The notes below the pieces were generated by a model. It made no database searches. It was not told the origin of the DNA and was given only the letters and a program-made list of their open reading frames with translations. Of a stretch of 64,000 nt of DNA, positions 17,604 to 27,345 are shown in pieces. The stretch comes from Chloroflexota bacterium (GTDB taxonomy: Bacteria > Chloroflexota > UBA11872 > VXOZ01), in NCBI GenBank assembly GCA_964291655.2, contig OZ219802.1, positions 608,001 to 672,000 of the forward strand. Reading direction: 5' to 3'. The number at the start of each line of letters is the position of its first letter. Positions within the stretch are counted from its first letter, which is position 1. A program made the position numbers and the translations under genes.

Positions 17604-20054
17604 TTACCTCCGCGGCGGTATTATGAGATAGTTCTGACCCTCGACCGCGTTTTCGCCGTCAGTATAGCGACGAGTCTTGTAGTTGACTATTACCCGTGTG
17701 CCGTCTTCATACACGGTCTCATAGACACCGTCAGCAATCTGTCGATGGTCCTCCATTAGCTGATTTACCGTATAGCCCAACTGCTTGACAAATAGCTCGT
17801 ATTCATCAACAATCTGGGGTTCCCAGTCAGCAAAGCGAGATGAATATAGACGATTGTACTGAGTCCGGGTAAGGAGCACGCTTGGATTGGAAGTAAGCTC
17901 AAACGTAGGTAACGCGCCATACTCGATGGCCCGCAGAAATTCATCGCGGTCGCTGCGAAGATTACTCTCATCCCCTGTGTAGCGCACAAGACCGTGGACT
18001 GCCAACGGGAAGAATGGCACTGTCTCTTCGCTAAACACATAGTTGTAGCGATCCAGAGGAATCCGCGTGAAGAAGTCAGTGGTATCAAGCATGTAGGCAT
18101 TCGCACCTTGTACGACAGCCGTACCCGTTTCCTGCTTACTAATGTCTATAATGTCTTTCCATACGCCCACAAATTCCTGTCGACTCAGTTTTGTGCCGCC
18201 CTGCTCAGTGTCGACGGGCTGCTGGGCGGTCCGCACTTCATTTATTAGGCCCGCTACCAGCACGATTAAAAGCGCACCCGTGGCGATTGGCCGCCACAGA
18301 GGGCCCCCGCTAAATTGGCCAAACATTGAATCACCAGCTCGGCGCGTTCCGACCAGGACAATATAGAGTCCTAAGAACACAATTCCCCCCAAGCCCAGGA
18401 ACCTGAGGCCTGTGGTGAATCCTGACCGACCGGAAAAGAGGATGGGATAGTGGTTTAGAGCCACCTTGCCAAAGAATCTGAACTCTACGCCGGAAATTCC
18501 ATATTCACCCATCTTCGCGATATCGCCTGCCGCGTACCGGTCTCGTGCTATCTCCGGTCGAAGGAGCTGGACCTCTGTGTGCGGCTCATCTTCCTTACGT
18601 TTGAATCCCACATAATTGGTTGTGATCGGCAACCGGTTTGCTCCACGAATTACATCCGTCAATGGGTTGAACCGGAAGAAGGAATCAATATTCCTGAAGC
18701 CGAACAGGTAGTTGTCCTCTAGGTAGATGGGGATATTATTGGCATTGCCGTAGTTTGAGACCGCCCGCAGTCCTTCATCCCCACCAAGTTTCCCTTCGGC
18801 CGGCAGCCGCTTTGGCAAAGACCAGTCATAACCGTCCTGGTTCCAGCCCACTAGCGTTACGCGCAGATTATCAAGACCTCGCTCTTCCTTGAGCGACTTG
18901 AGCATATCCAGCGCCTCATCGAACGTAGTCATGGTAATGAACTGATCGCGCGGAAAAGCTTGACGTTGCATGGCCATGAAAATACGAAGATGCAGGAATG
19001 GATTTGCCTCTTCAAGCTGCTGCAGGCCGCGCTCACTCATCAGGAATTCGCGATAGTTCTTAGCCATCCCGACGTACGTGGCATCGTAGCCACGCAGGAA
19101 GGCATACTTGACCTCGCGGTCTCCTTCTACGCGTTCTTGTTCGAACCGCGTGACAAATGATGCCCGTCGCAGCGGGAATGGCGCCTTGCGCCGGAAGATA
19201 AATTGGCCGGAAATCCGATTATAGCCCAATGCGGTGTAGCTGAGCGCCGCACTGATGTTCACGTCCATGTCACCTTTAGTGACGATGCCGGAGAACGCCG
19301 TACTCCCGCGCACCAATCCAAAGACTGGCACAGGAATTGGACCCTGCTGCTGCTCCGGTTCAAATGAGAAGAGCGCCGGGCCGTATACCTCGGCGAGGAA
19401 ATTGTGCCGGTATTCAGGCTGCTCGGGGCGGAAGTGCACAATTGCCCCGGGACCGTCCGGCACAAACAGATAGCCCGTCTCTTCGTTAGTAGCAGCGCCG
19501 AGGAACGGCATAATGTCCAATGTGACCAGCAAGCGTTCCTCAGTTTCCCGGATGCTATCCTCATCGACACCAACAACCAGCCGGTCATCTTCCAACCAAT
19601 ATCTGATTGCGAATCCAATATTCAGTTCGTCGAATAGATAGTCCACCCGAATACCGCCATCGATGGGGTCGAACGTCATCGAAGGCTGATCTGAGATTAT
19701 GTCGGCAACGCGGGTCTGAGTGCGCACTCTATCGGTATACTCAACGATAACCACCGAATTCAGCCGCGCCTTGATAGAGTCCGAGACGGCCTCGGGGTTT
19801 TCAAGAATCGGTGAACTGCGCCACAGCCGACCATTCTCGCGGTCGTCAAACACCGCAAGCTGTGAATTCGATTTATTGAGGAAGAGCGACAGATGCTCCA
19901 CCTGACTAACTTGCTCGAATTCCGGACCCAGCTCTTTAGCCGCATCAAAGGCAGGCGCGGCCGTAGCCGGCACGATGGGCAAAATAGTTAATAGTAGGAC
20001 CAGCGGCACAAAATACCGTGCGATTCGCCACCCTCTAGCGAGTGACAACTTCAT
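17604..20054 (-). CDS. DUF5696-like secreted protein with an internal hydrophobic hairpin
   Basis: Signal peptide, PFLGAA..EETGYLFVPDGPGA, PVFGL, MTTFDEA..ML, VTLVGWN, LGG..GL, GANAY, ETVPF..LAVHG, LRAIEYGALP.F and VYETVYEDGTRVIVNY; context of NHL/Yip1/permease genes. Confidence 0.75.
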   Translation of the reverse strand: MKLSLARGWRIARYFVPLVLLLTILPIVPATAAPAFDAAKELGPEFEQVSQVEHLSLFLNKSNSQLAVFDDRENGRLWRSSPILENPEAVSDSIKARLNSVVIVEYTDRVRTQTRVADIISDQPSMTFDPIDGGIRVDYLFDELNIGFAIRYWLEDDRLVVGVDEDSIRETEERLLVTLDIMPFLGAATNEETGYLFVPDGPGAIVHFRPEQPEYRHNFLAEVYGPALFSFEPEQQQGPIPVPVFGLVRGSTAFSGIVTKGDMDVNISAALSYTALGYNRISGQFIFRRKAPFPLRRASFVTRFEQERVEGDREVKYAFLRGYDATYVGMAKNYREFLMSERGLQQLEEANPFLHLRIFMAMQRQAFPRDQFITMTTFDEALDMLKSLKEERGLDNLRVTLVGWNQDGYDWSLPKRLPAEGKLGGDEGLRAVSNYGNANNIPIYLEDNYLFGFRNIDSFFRFNPLTDVIRGANRLPITTNYVGFKRKEDEPHTEVQLLRPEIARDRYAAGDIAKMGEYGISGVEFRFFGKVALNHYPILFSGRSGFTTGLRFLGLGGIVFLGLYIVLVGTRRAGDSMFGQFSGGPLWRPIATGALLIVLVAGLINEVRTAQQPVDTEQGGTKLSRQEFVGVWKDIIDISKQETGTAVVQGANAYMLDTTDFFTRIPLDRYNYVFSEETVPFFPLAVHGLVRYTGDESNLRSDRDEFLRAIEYGALPTFELTSNPSVLLTRTQYNRLYSSRFADWEPQIVDEYELFVKQLGYTVNQLMEDHRQIADGVYETVYEDGTRVIVNYKTRRYTDGENAVEGQNYLIIPPRR

Positions 20055-22152
20055 AAACAACCTCCCAGAGGAAGCGGATCACCCGCGAAGACATGAAGTA
20101 ACTAAGAGCCGAAATACCAAAGATTGCAACCATGCCCATTATATTGAGGAAGCTCACACCTGCAGCCCGCTTGAACTCAAAGTCGTGTACTACCTTGACT
20201 TGCAGATAAATGAGTGCTCCCATCCACCAATACATAAAGCCCTGCGCGAAGCCATAGAGCGCACTCTCATCCTTCGTGAGCACGTTCGACACGAGCGCTA
20301 GCGGTAACGCGATAATGATGTACGGTTGCAGACAGTATGCAGTCGTGGCTGCCACTACTTTCGGCGAACCTTCGCCATAGAAGATCGCACTCACGCCGTA
20401 ATTGGCGACCACCCAGACCAAGAAGGGCACAAGGATCCGCGAGACCTCAAGGACAAAGTTGATATCCTCGGGATCAATTGCAGAGTAGTGAAAGCTCACT
20501 GTATTCAGCGTGAGCATTCGCACGATGATGGCAAGACCGAGAATCGTCCATACAGTCCACCATGTAGAGTCCTCACGCAAAGCCCAGAAGGTCTCCATCG
20601 GGTCACGCAAGACGCCAACGGCCTGACGATAGATCTTGTACCACGTACTCTCCTGTTTGAGGATGCCCCGCTGGAAGCCATACGCAAACACGCGGCGCGT
20701 GCCTCGCGGAATTACGATGATGGCGCCTATCCCCAAGAACAGGTAGAGCATGAAGAGACCGAAATTCGCACGCATCCAGAGGTAGCGCGCTTCTGAGTAA
20801 GCCTTGGCATACTCATCCTTGTCGTAGCCTCTAAAGTACTCAACCATCGCGTCTTGGTAGCGTTCTTGGCGGTAAAGCGCTTTGCCAAGGGCGCTATGCG
20901 CAAGGTACATGTTCGCGTCAAGCTTGAGGACTTGCTGCCACAGGTTGGCTGCCTCATCGTAGCGTCCGTCCCAATAGAACTTGCTCGCAGAGTGGACCAA
21001 TCTGGCAAAGAGCGTAGGCCGGTACACCTGAATGTTGTTGCGAATGGCATCCAGGATATAAAGCGACCCTGCCGCATCCGTCACCACACTCGTTGGGTAT
21101 CCAAGTTGGCCTTGCTGCACTCCTCGGCCACCGAACGCCAGCAGCGGCTCACCATCCTGATCATATTGATAGACTTTAGCCGAATTGGCATCAACAACCG
21201 TAATAATTCCCGCTTCATTGACGTTAACATCGGAGAAGCGTGGGAATTGGGTCCGCCTACCTGCTCCTTCTCGCTCGCCATAGAACTTCAGCGAATCCGA
21301 TTTGAAGAAGCGCATGTAAATGGCTACAGACGTCGAATGCGGATAGACATTTACACCCACCGGACTCAGCTTCTGAAGCTGGTCCTTGACCGCAGTCGCC
21401 ACGACCGTGTAGAGGAAACCATCTTCGGAGAGGTACAGATTGGAGTGCGGCGTGGGCTGGGGCAAGAAGATCTTGCGCCGCTGTTCCTGCGTTGCAAACA
21501 TACTCACAATCAGTCTGCGCAGACTGAAATCTAATCGAGTAGCCCCAAAGAAGCCACGGAAGTTACCCTCGCCATCCAGCACAATGATGCCGAGATTGCT
21601 GCCAGCCTCCAAGGTGTAGATACGCCCACTCCGGTCCACCACAAGCTTACTGGGAGCGAACGTATGGTCGATGGGGATTAGAGTTGTTGAAGGTTTGAAG
21701 AACTCATCGACAAAGTTCCCCTCCGGATCCAGCCGCAGAATACGGTTATTGCCGGTATCTGCCACAAAGATATTACCGTCCGGATCAACATAGACACCCT
21801 CAGGCTTACTCAGGTTGCTAATCTCCATGAGGTACGCGCCCTCCTGAGAGAATTTGAGCACCCGGTCGTTGCCTGTGTCAGCCAGCCAAAGGTTTTCCTC
21901 GTGGTCGAGGAAGAGGTCCGACGGCTCCTTGAATGCGCCGGTCGGCAAATGAATGCCGTTGATTTCTTTCTCAAAGATGTAGGGGAGTGGCGATGGCACC
22001 CGTTGGTTGCGGGGGTCAATGGTATAAGACAGCTTTGGATCAAGCTCCAAAGCAGACGCCGTGCCGGCAGACGCCAGGATTAGCCAAACCGCCGCAAGGC
22101 CCGCCAGCGCCGCCTTTATTCTTGATCCTTTGTGTCCAAACATTTTTCCCAT
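20035..22152 (-). CDS. NHL-repeat beta-propeller, TPR and Yip1-like membrane domain fusion
   Basis: Signal peptide and NHL repeats (PSDLFLD...LWLADTGNDRV; PEGVYVD...FVADTGNNRI; YPTSVVTD). TPR-like AANLWQQVLKLDANMYLAHSALGKALY, then a C-terminal multi-TM region with P.ETF and WVVANYGVSAIFYGEG. Confidence 0.8.
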   Translation of the reverse strand: MGKMFGHKGSRIKAALAGLAAVWLILASAGTASALELDPKLSYTIDPRNQRVPSPLPYIFEKEINGIHLPTGAFKEPSDLFLDHEENLWLADTGNDRVLKFSQEGAYLMEISNLSKPEGVYVDPDGNIFVADTGNNRILRLDPEGNFVDEFFKPSTTLIPIDHTFAPSKLVVDRSGRIYTLEAGSNLGIIVLDGEGNFRGFFGATRLDFSLRRLIVSMFATQEQRRKIFLPQPTPHSNLYLSEDGFLYTVVATAVKDQLQKLSPVGVNVYPHSTSVAIYMRFFKSDSLKFYGEREGAGRRTQFPRFSDVNVNEAGIITVVDANSAKVYQYDQDGEPLLAFGGRGVQQGQLGYPTSVVTDAAGSLYILDAIRNNIQVYRPTLFARLVHSASKFYWDGRYDEAANLWQQVLKLDANMYLAHSALGKALYRQERYQDAMVEYFRGYDKDEYAKAYSEARYLWMRANFGLFMLYLFLGIGAIIVIPRGTRRVFAYGFQRGILKQESTWYKIYRQAVGVLRDPMETFWALREDSTWWTVWTILGLAIIVRMLTLNTVSFHYSAIDPEDINFVLEVSRILVPFLVWVVANYGVSAIFYGEGSPKVVAATTAYCLQPYIIIALPLALVSNVLTKDESALYGFAQGFMYWWMGALIYLQVKVVHDFEFKRAAGVSFLNIMGMVAIFGISALSYFMSSRVIRFLWEVVYEVVTR

Positions 22153-22194
22153 TCCCTTACCCGCTAATCGGTACCATCACGCTGCGATACTGTA

Positions 22195-23055
22195 TTATGC
22201 CTTGATTCCCGAGTGTGCCATGGTGGCAATCACGCGCCGTTGCACTAACGTGAATAGTACCACTGGCGGCGTGATCATGATGAATGTTGCCGCCGCATAT
22301 GCACCTTGCCGGGCCACCGAGCCCTGGCTGATCAAGGTCTGCAATGCGATTGGCAGGGTCCGCATCGATTCCGTCCGCGTGAATACCAGAGGCGCCCAGA
22401 TATCGTTCCACGTTCCTACGAAGATAATGATCACCAGCGTGGCCCATGCCGGAGTTACCAAAGGCATGACTACACGCCAGAAGACTGTCCACTCCGTTGC
22501 CCCGTCTATTTTGGCCGATTCAATGAGTGCCGCGGGGATCTGCTCCATAAACTGCTTCATCAAGAAGAGCGCATACGGAATAGCGAGATTGGGCAGAACC
22601 AGTGCAAAGTACGTGTCGATGATACCGAGTTGGTAGACAACCAGGTATCTAGGAATCGCCGTCACTTGCGGTGTAAACATCAGCGCCGCAATGACCACGA
22701 TAAACATCGCATGGCGTCCCGGGAAGTTATGCTTCGCCAAGGGATAGGCTGCCAAACTCGCCAGCAACACCCCGCCAACTACCGTGCAGAAGGCCACAAA
22801 CACACTATTGAAGATGTACCGAATAAACGGGACGTTGAGTGAGTATGTCGCAATCAAGAGATCCTGAAAGTTTCGCAGGGTGGGATTTCGCACGATGAAG
22901 CGGGGCGGAAAGAGAAAGAGCTCATCGATCGGCTTCAGTGCGTGTGATACGACGAAGATCAGTGGCAACGACATAAACGCAGCGAGAATAGTCAACGCCG
23001 CGATGGTCGTAAATTCACCGCTCGTCATCTTGAATCGTCCAACTCGAATTACCAT
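22195..23055 (-). CDS. Carbohydrate ABC transporter permease (MalG-like)
   Basis: KPIDELFLFPPRF, ALIESAKIDGA and QRRVIATMAHSGIK. Confidence 0.93.
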   Translation of the reverse strand: MVIRVGRFKMTSGEFTTIAALTILAAFMSLPLIFVVSHALKPIDELFLFPPRFIVRNPTLRNFQDLLIATYSLNVPFIRYIFNSVFVAFCTVVGGVLLASLAAYPLAKHNFPGRHAMFIVVIAALMFTPQVTAIPRYLVVYQLGIIDTYFALVLPNLAIPYALFLMKQFMEQIPAALIESAKIDGATEWTVFWRVVMPLVTPAWATLVIIIFVGTWNDIWAPLVFTRTESMRTLPIALQTLISQGSVARQGAYAAATFIMITPPVVLFTLVQRRVIATMAHSGIKA

Positions 23056-23076
23056 TTACCGCTTCCCCTTCCTTGC

Positions 23077-24042
23077 TTATTCATCCTTGGTGGAGAGCAG
23101 GCGCAACGCACCTTGCCCGACACCAAAGGTAATGATGAAGAGTATCACGGCAATTGCAGCCGCATAACCCATTTCAAACCGGATAAATGCATAGTCGTAC
23201 AGGTGCGAGAGTATCATATGCGCCGCATAGAGCGGACTTGGGAGGCCGGCCAATGAGAGGGAAATCTCGAACCCGGCCGAGAACATAAGCACCACCGCAT
23301 TGATAACACCAAACAGCACTTGCGGTTTCATGGAGGGCAGCGTAATGTACCACATCTCTTGAAGCGGATGTGAGATGCCGTCCACTTTCCCTGCCTCATA
23401 CAGTTCGGTATTTACCGTCTGCAAACCGGCAAGGAAGACCAAGAAATTGTTGCCCATGCTCATCCATAGCATGACGAACATGATTACTGGCAACATTGTC
23501 CGCTGGTCGATGAGCCACAGGAATGGTTCCTGAATGAAACCCATGCGCATCAGGAAGTAATTCATGTACCCGTAACGGTCGCCGGAAAAGACGATCCGCC
23601 ATACAACCGCCATGGCAATTGCACTCGTGAGCGAAGGCGCATAGAACGCCAACGCGTAAATCGTGCGCACACGAATCTGGTTAATGAACCAAGCAAGCAG
23701 GAAAGATGCAGTAAGGCTGACCGGTCCCGTAATAACCGCGAAGAAAAGCGTATTACGAATCGACAGCACAAAGATGTCGTCCTCAAGGAACAGTAAGCGA
23801 TAATTGGACCAGCCGATCACCCGAGGCGGTTCCAGCATATTGAAATAGGTAAAGCTTAGCCAGATAGCCACCCCTACAGGGATGATTAGGAAAGCAAAAA
23901 AGAAGATCATGTAGGGCAGCAAGAACGCGTACGACACACCATATTGGGCAAGAATTCTCTGCAAGCCCGTTTTTGGTGCTGCAACCGCTCGCGGCTGTGC
24001 CGTGGTATCTGCTCCCGGGCCGCTACTCTTTACTTCGGCCAT
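23077..24042 (-). CDS. Carbohydrate ABC transporter permease (MalF-like)
   Basis: SFTYFNMLEPP, ELYEAGKVDG, WYITLPSMKPQ and RFEMGYAAAIA; the ATG overlaps the upstream stop (TAATG). Confidence 0.93.
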   Translation of the reverse strand: MAEVKSSGPGADTTAQPRAVAAPKTGLQRILAQYGVSYAFLLPYMIFFFAFLIIPVGVAIWLSFTYFNMLEPPRVIGWSNYRLLFLEDDIFVLSIRNTLFFAVITGPVSLTASFLLAWFINQIRVRTIYALAFYAPSLTSAIAMAVVWRIVFSGDRYGYMNYFLMRMGFIQEPFLWLIDQRTMLPVIMFVMLWMSMGNNFLVFLAGLQTVNTELYEAGKVDGISHPLQEMWYITLPSMKPQVLFGVINAVVLMFSAGFEISLSLAGLPSPLYAAHMILSHLYDYAFIRFEMGYAAAIAVILFIITFGVGQGALRLLSTKDE

Positions 24043-27000
24043 TACTCCAGACCCCCTTTCGTCTTACTGAGATCAACGTCAAGCCCGAATTCCTCGCGCT
24101 TGCGAATCAGTTCGCGGTCGATCTGCTTTACTGCTTCTTCCAGGGCTTCACGTGCGTTCCACCCCTGAAGCACCACGCGGTTCCAAGCATTGATAATGTG
24201 GCGAGGCGTAAAGTAACCGCCCAAGGTAACCGGTTGCTCCTTGAACCAACGCCACTGTTCTTGGATAGACTCGATATCTTTCTGCGGGAAGGGAAGTTGG
24301 TTCAAGGCCTTAACATTGGCAGTATTCCAGCGCGCCTCCGTGCCGATCAGGGCCTCGAGCTCTTCACCGAAGCGCGCCTGGGCACCCACCGACGTCCACC
24401 ATTTCGCCCACTCCCAGGCCTTGTCTTGTTTATCTGAATTATCCATGATCACCACGGCTTGACCATAGCCGCCTGAGGTCCGGTCTACTTGTCCGTCTGG
24501 TCGGCGTTTTCCGGGAAGCGGGCGCATTTCCCAGCGGCCTTCAAGCTCCGGCGCCGCAACGGACAAGAGAACGTAGGTAAAGAAGCCGGAGACGCCAATC
24601 GGCATCTCGCCGGTCCGCATGCGGTTATAGAAGTCAGCCTGTTGCGTAATCTTATAGTTCGTATAGAGTTCCGTCCACTCGCGGAAGCCGGCCAGTGCTT
24701 CGGGAGAGTCCAGAGCGCTCAAACCTTTTTCAGTATAGAAGTCTCCCCCGTTTTGGTAGAGGAAAGGCAGGAACCCCGGCACAAGGGACTCAGCCAAACC
24801 GTAGATGCCCCCACCCGCGGACACGCCAACCGGCGGGAAGAAGAAGTCCATGCCGCGCTGCTGAAGCAGCCAGATCATGTTATATAAGTCCTGCCACGTG
24901 TCGGGCGGATTCAGACCCAACTCATTGAAGATGTCCGTACGGTAGAACATCATCAAGAAGTCCTGCGTTTCCGGTATTGCGTAGTCTCCGCCTTCCCAAC
25001 GGAAGGGCAAGAGCGCCCCAGGACGGAATCGCGTTGCCACCTCCTGATAGTCCAAGAACTTATTCATGTTGGCAACGCCGTTGCGGATGGCAAACTCCAC
25101 GGGAACGTCCGGCAGAACACCGGTCGCCACGTCAGGAGTCACACCGCTCGCCACCGAGAGGAGCAACACGTTTACCGAGCCCGCACTCAATTGTGCCGGT
25201 GGAAATACCTGGAGGTTAACGGCGATGCCGCTCGCCGGCGTAAAGTCATCCTCGGTCATGTCCTTCATGATCATGCCCCACTCGCGGCCACGGGCCACCC
25301 ACACGGTAATGGTGTTGTCATCATCGCCGTAAATCGAGCCGATGCCGTAATAGTTCCGGACAAACGAACTCAAGAAGTTCATAAATCCGGTCCAACCCTT
25401 TTGGAAGATGTTAGCTTTGCCGCGCGGCAATTCCATTTCAGGATTGGTGACCAAGAGATAGTCGAGCCAGAGCGGGTGTTCGCGCAGATAGAGAAGCCAC
25501 TGCGAAAGCCGCCCCTGACTTGCACTAAGGTCGCTCAAGCGACGGGACATACTTTCGGGGTCACTTGCCATGTCTTCCAACTGGAAGGCGACTTCGCCCA
25601 AAACATTGGCCACGTTCGGCTTCACGCCGTTGTTGACCATGGTCATATGGCCGACTTGCTCTCTCAGCAACGTGTAATTCGTCACCAAGCGGGGCACGAG
25701 AGTCGGAATACGGGAGGTGAGATCGAATTCCATGTATGGGTCGGGATTAACACCCGTAATCATCGTAATCTCACGCACCATAATCGATAGGTCGGTCACA
25801 ACCTTGTTGATGGCCCGAATCGTCTCGGCAGAGGGGCCGACGGTGACCTCCATCGTAAGGGTATGCCTCCCTTTCGTGAGATAGAATAGGTAGGGCTCTC
25901 CCTCGCCTGCATTTTCTCCAAAGGTCACAATACGCCAATCTCGGTCGTTGTCCGGCGTAAACAAGAAACTATTGAGTTCCTGGAACGGAACCTTGCCGTC
26001 AATCAGAATGCGCCGGGCAGAGGGCAAGAAGCTTGCATACGCCTGCCAGCGTCGCCAGGCAATCTTGTATAGACCGTCTTCCGGTACCTCGAAATCCCAC
26101 GTTGCCGCTTGCAACGCGCGGCGCCAGCGGAACGAGCCGTAAGCATTCAGGCGCACGTAGCCGGCAGAAAATGGGTCTACCAAAGGACCGGACGTGTATT
26201 CCATGCGAATCGTGGCCTCAGTCCGTTCAACCGGCAGTTCTGCCTGGTGGCGAATCAAGGTCTCGCCCGCGCTCTGGTAGCCCTTCTCTTCGTACATCTT
26301 CAGGACTTCAGCATATGTCGGCGGCCGTGACGGCGAAACAAGACGCAGGCTGCGAATAGCGATCGGTTCGCGCACCGTTATCATGCGCAGCACGTGCTCG
26401 CCTTCCGTCAAGTAAAAGTCAAAGGGCCAGGGATACATGCCATCGCCATCGATGATGCGCACCGTCTCCCATCGCGGGTCTTCCAGTTGACCGGGACGTC
26501 GGTCGTTGCCCTGATTGTCAGTGGTCGGCAACCCCTTGTCTTGCCAGAAACGCACAAAGACGAGCCGCCGGGCCTCCTGGAATGGATACTCTCCATCAAT
26601 TTGTATGCGCCGTTGGATGGAGGCGCGCTTGCCAGCCAAGGGATAGTACTCAAGCTCAATGTTGTAGAGACCGGTCTTGGGCACCGTAAATCTCCACTCC
26701 ATCCACTCGGTCTCTTCCTGCCAGTTGATTATCTCGCCCGTCTTGCCCCCGAGCTCACTTAGGATTTCCGGGTCCTGTCCGCGGAAACGAATAATATCCG
26801 TGTGGTCGATTGGGATCTCGATGTCCTCAACCCACTCGTAGCCGTCTTTTGCATATTGCTCAAGCGTCTCTGCGTAGTTGTCTTCTAGCTTCACTTCGAT
26901 CACACCAGTGGCGTGTGTGATAAAAGTGCCCTCCCCCTCCTCTGCGTCCTCTTCCTCCGCATTGTCTTGCTGCTGGTTCTGCTGGGTATAGACTGCAGCA

Positions 27001-27146
27001 GACGTGGCGGTGGGAATTGAGATGGTCAGCAGCATCACCGCGAGACCAATATTGATCCAGACAGACCAAACCCGCAGATTGCGCAATGCGCTCGGCACTC
27101 TGCCTGCTGCCTGAAGCCTACGAATTGTTCTCTCCAGGATGCTCAT
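24042..27146 (-). CDS. Very large extracellular solute-binding protein with two N-terminal CBM-like beta-sandwich domains
   Basis: N-terminal hydrophobic anchor and acidic linker. Two repeats of W.F.VP..GLY.I...YLT.G.H.L.M, a helical segment, then an SBP domain (YAIPETQDF.MMFYRTDIF, PPDTWQDL, AWEWAKWW). Confidence 0.85.
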   Translation of the reverse strand: MSILERTIRRLQAAGRVPSALRNLRVWSVWINIGLAVMLLTISIPTATSAAVYTQQNQQQDNAEEEDAEEGEGTFITHATGVIEVKLEDNYAETLEQYAKDGYEWVEDIEIPIDHTDIIRFRGQDPEILSELGGKTGEIINWQEETEWMEWRFTVPKTGLYNIELEYYPLAGKRASIQRRIQIDGEYPFQEARRLVFVRFWQDKGLPTTDNQGNDRRPGQLEDPRWETVRIIDGDGMYPWPFDFYLTEGEHVLRMITVREPIAIRSLRLVSPSRPPTYAEVLKMYEEKGYQSAGETLIRHQAELPVERTEATIRMEYTSGPLVDPFSAGYVRLNAYGSFRWRRALQAATWDFEVPEDGLYKIAWRRWQAYASFLPSARRILIDGKVPFQELNSFLFTPDNDRDWRIVTFGENAGEGEPYLFYLTKGRHTLTMEVTVGPSAETIRAINKVVTDLSIMVREITMITGVNPDPYMEFDLTSRIPTLVPRLVTNYTLLREQVGHMTMVNNGVKPNVANVLGEVAFQLEDMASDPESMSRRLSDLSASQGRLSQWLLYLREHPLWLDYLLVTNPEMELPRGKANIFQKGWTGFMNFLSSFVRNYYGIGSIYGDDDNTITVWVARGREWGMIMKDMTEDDFTPASGIAVNLQVFPPAQLSAGSVNVLLLSVASGVTPDVATGVLPDVPVEFAIRNGVANMNKFLDYQEVATRFRPGALLPFRWEGGDYAIPETQDFLMMFYRTDIFNELGLNPPDTWQDLYNMIWLLQQRGMDFFFPPVGVSAGGGIYGLAESLVPGFLPFLYQNGGDFYTEKGLSALDSPEALAGFREWTELYTNYKITQQADFYNRMRTGEMPIGVSGFFTYVLLSVAAPELEGRWEMRPLPGKRRPDGQVDRTSGGYGQAVVIMDNSDKQDKAWEWAKWWTSVGAQARFGEELEALIGTEARWNTANVKALNQLPFPQKDIESIQEQWRWFKEQPVTLGGYFTPRHIINAWNRVVLQGWNAREALEEAVKQIDRELIRKREEFGLDVDLSKTKGGLE

Positions 27147-27345
27147 CAAATTCCACCTTCACGCTACGAGCGATTTACCAAAAGCCAAAGGGCTTGGAGT
27201 CTTAGAATTACGTTCCTGTTTCACCATAGTCAACTCACCCAGCCACCCCACGCACCATATTACAGTGTACCCTAGCACACGATTTTCACCATCGTCAAGT
27301 AATGGAAGTTACCTAATAGGCTTCACAACTGACAGTATTCCTTAC

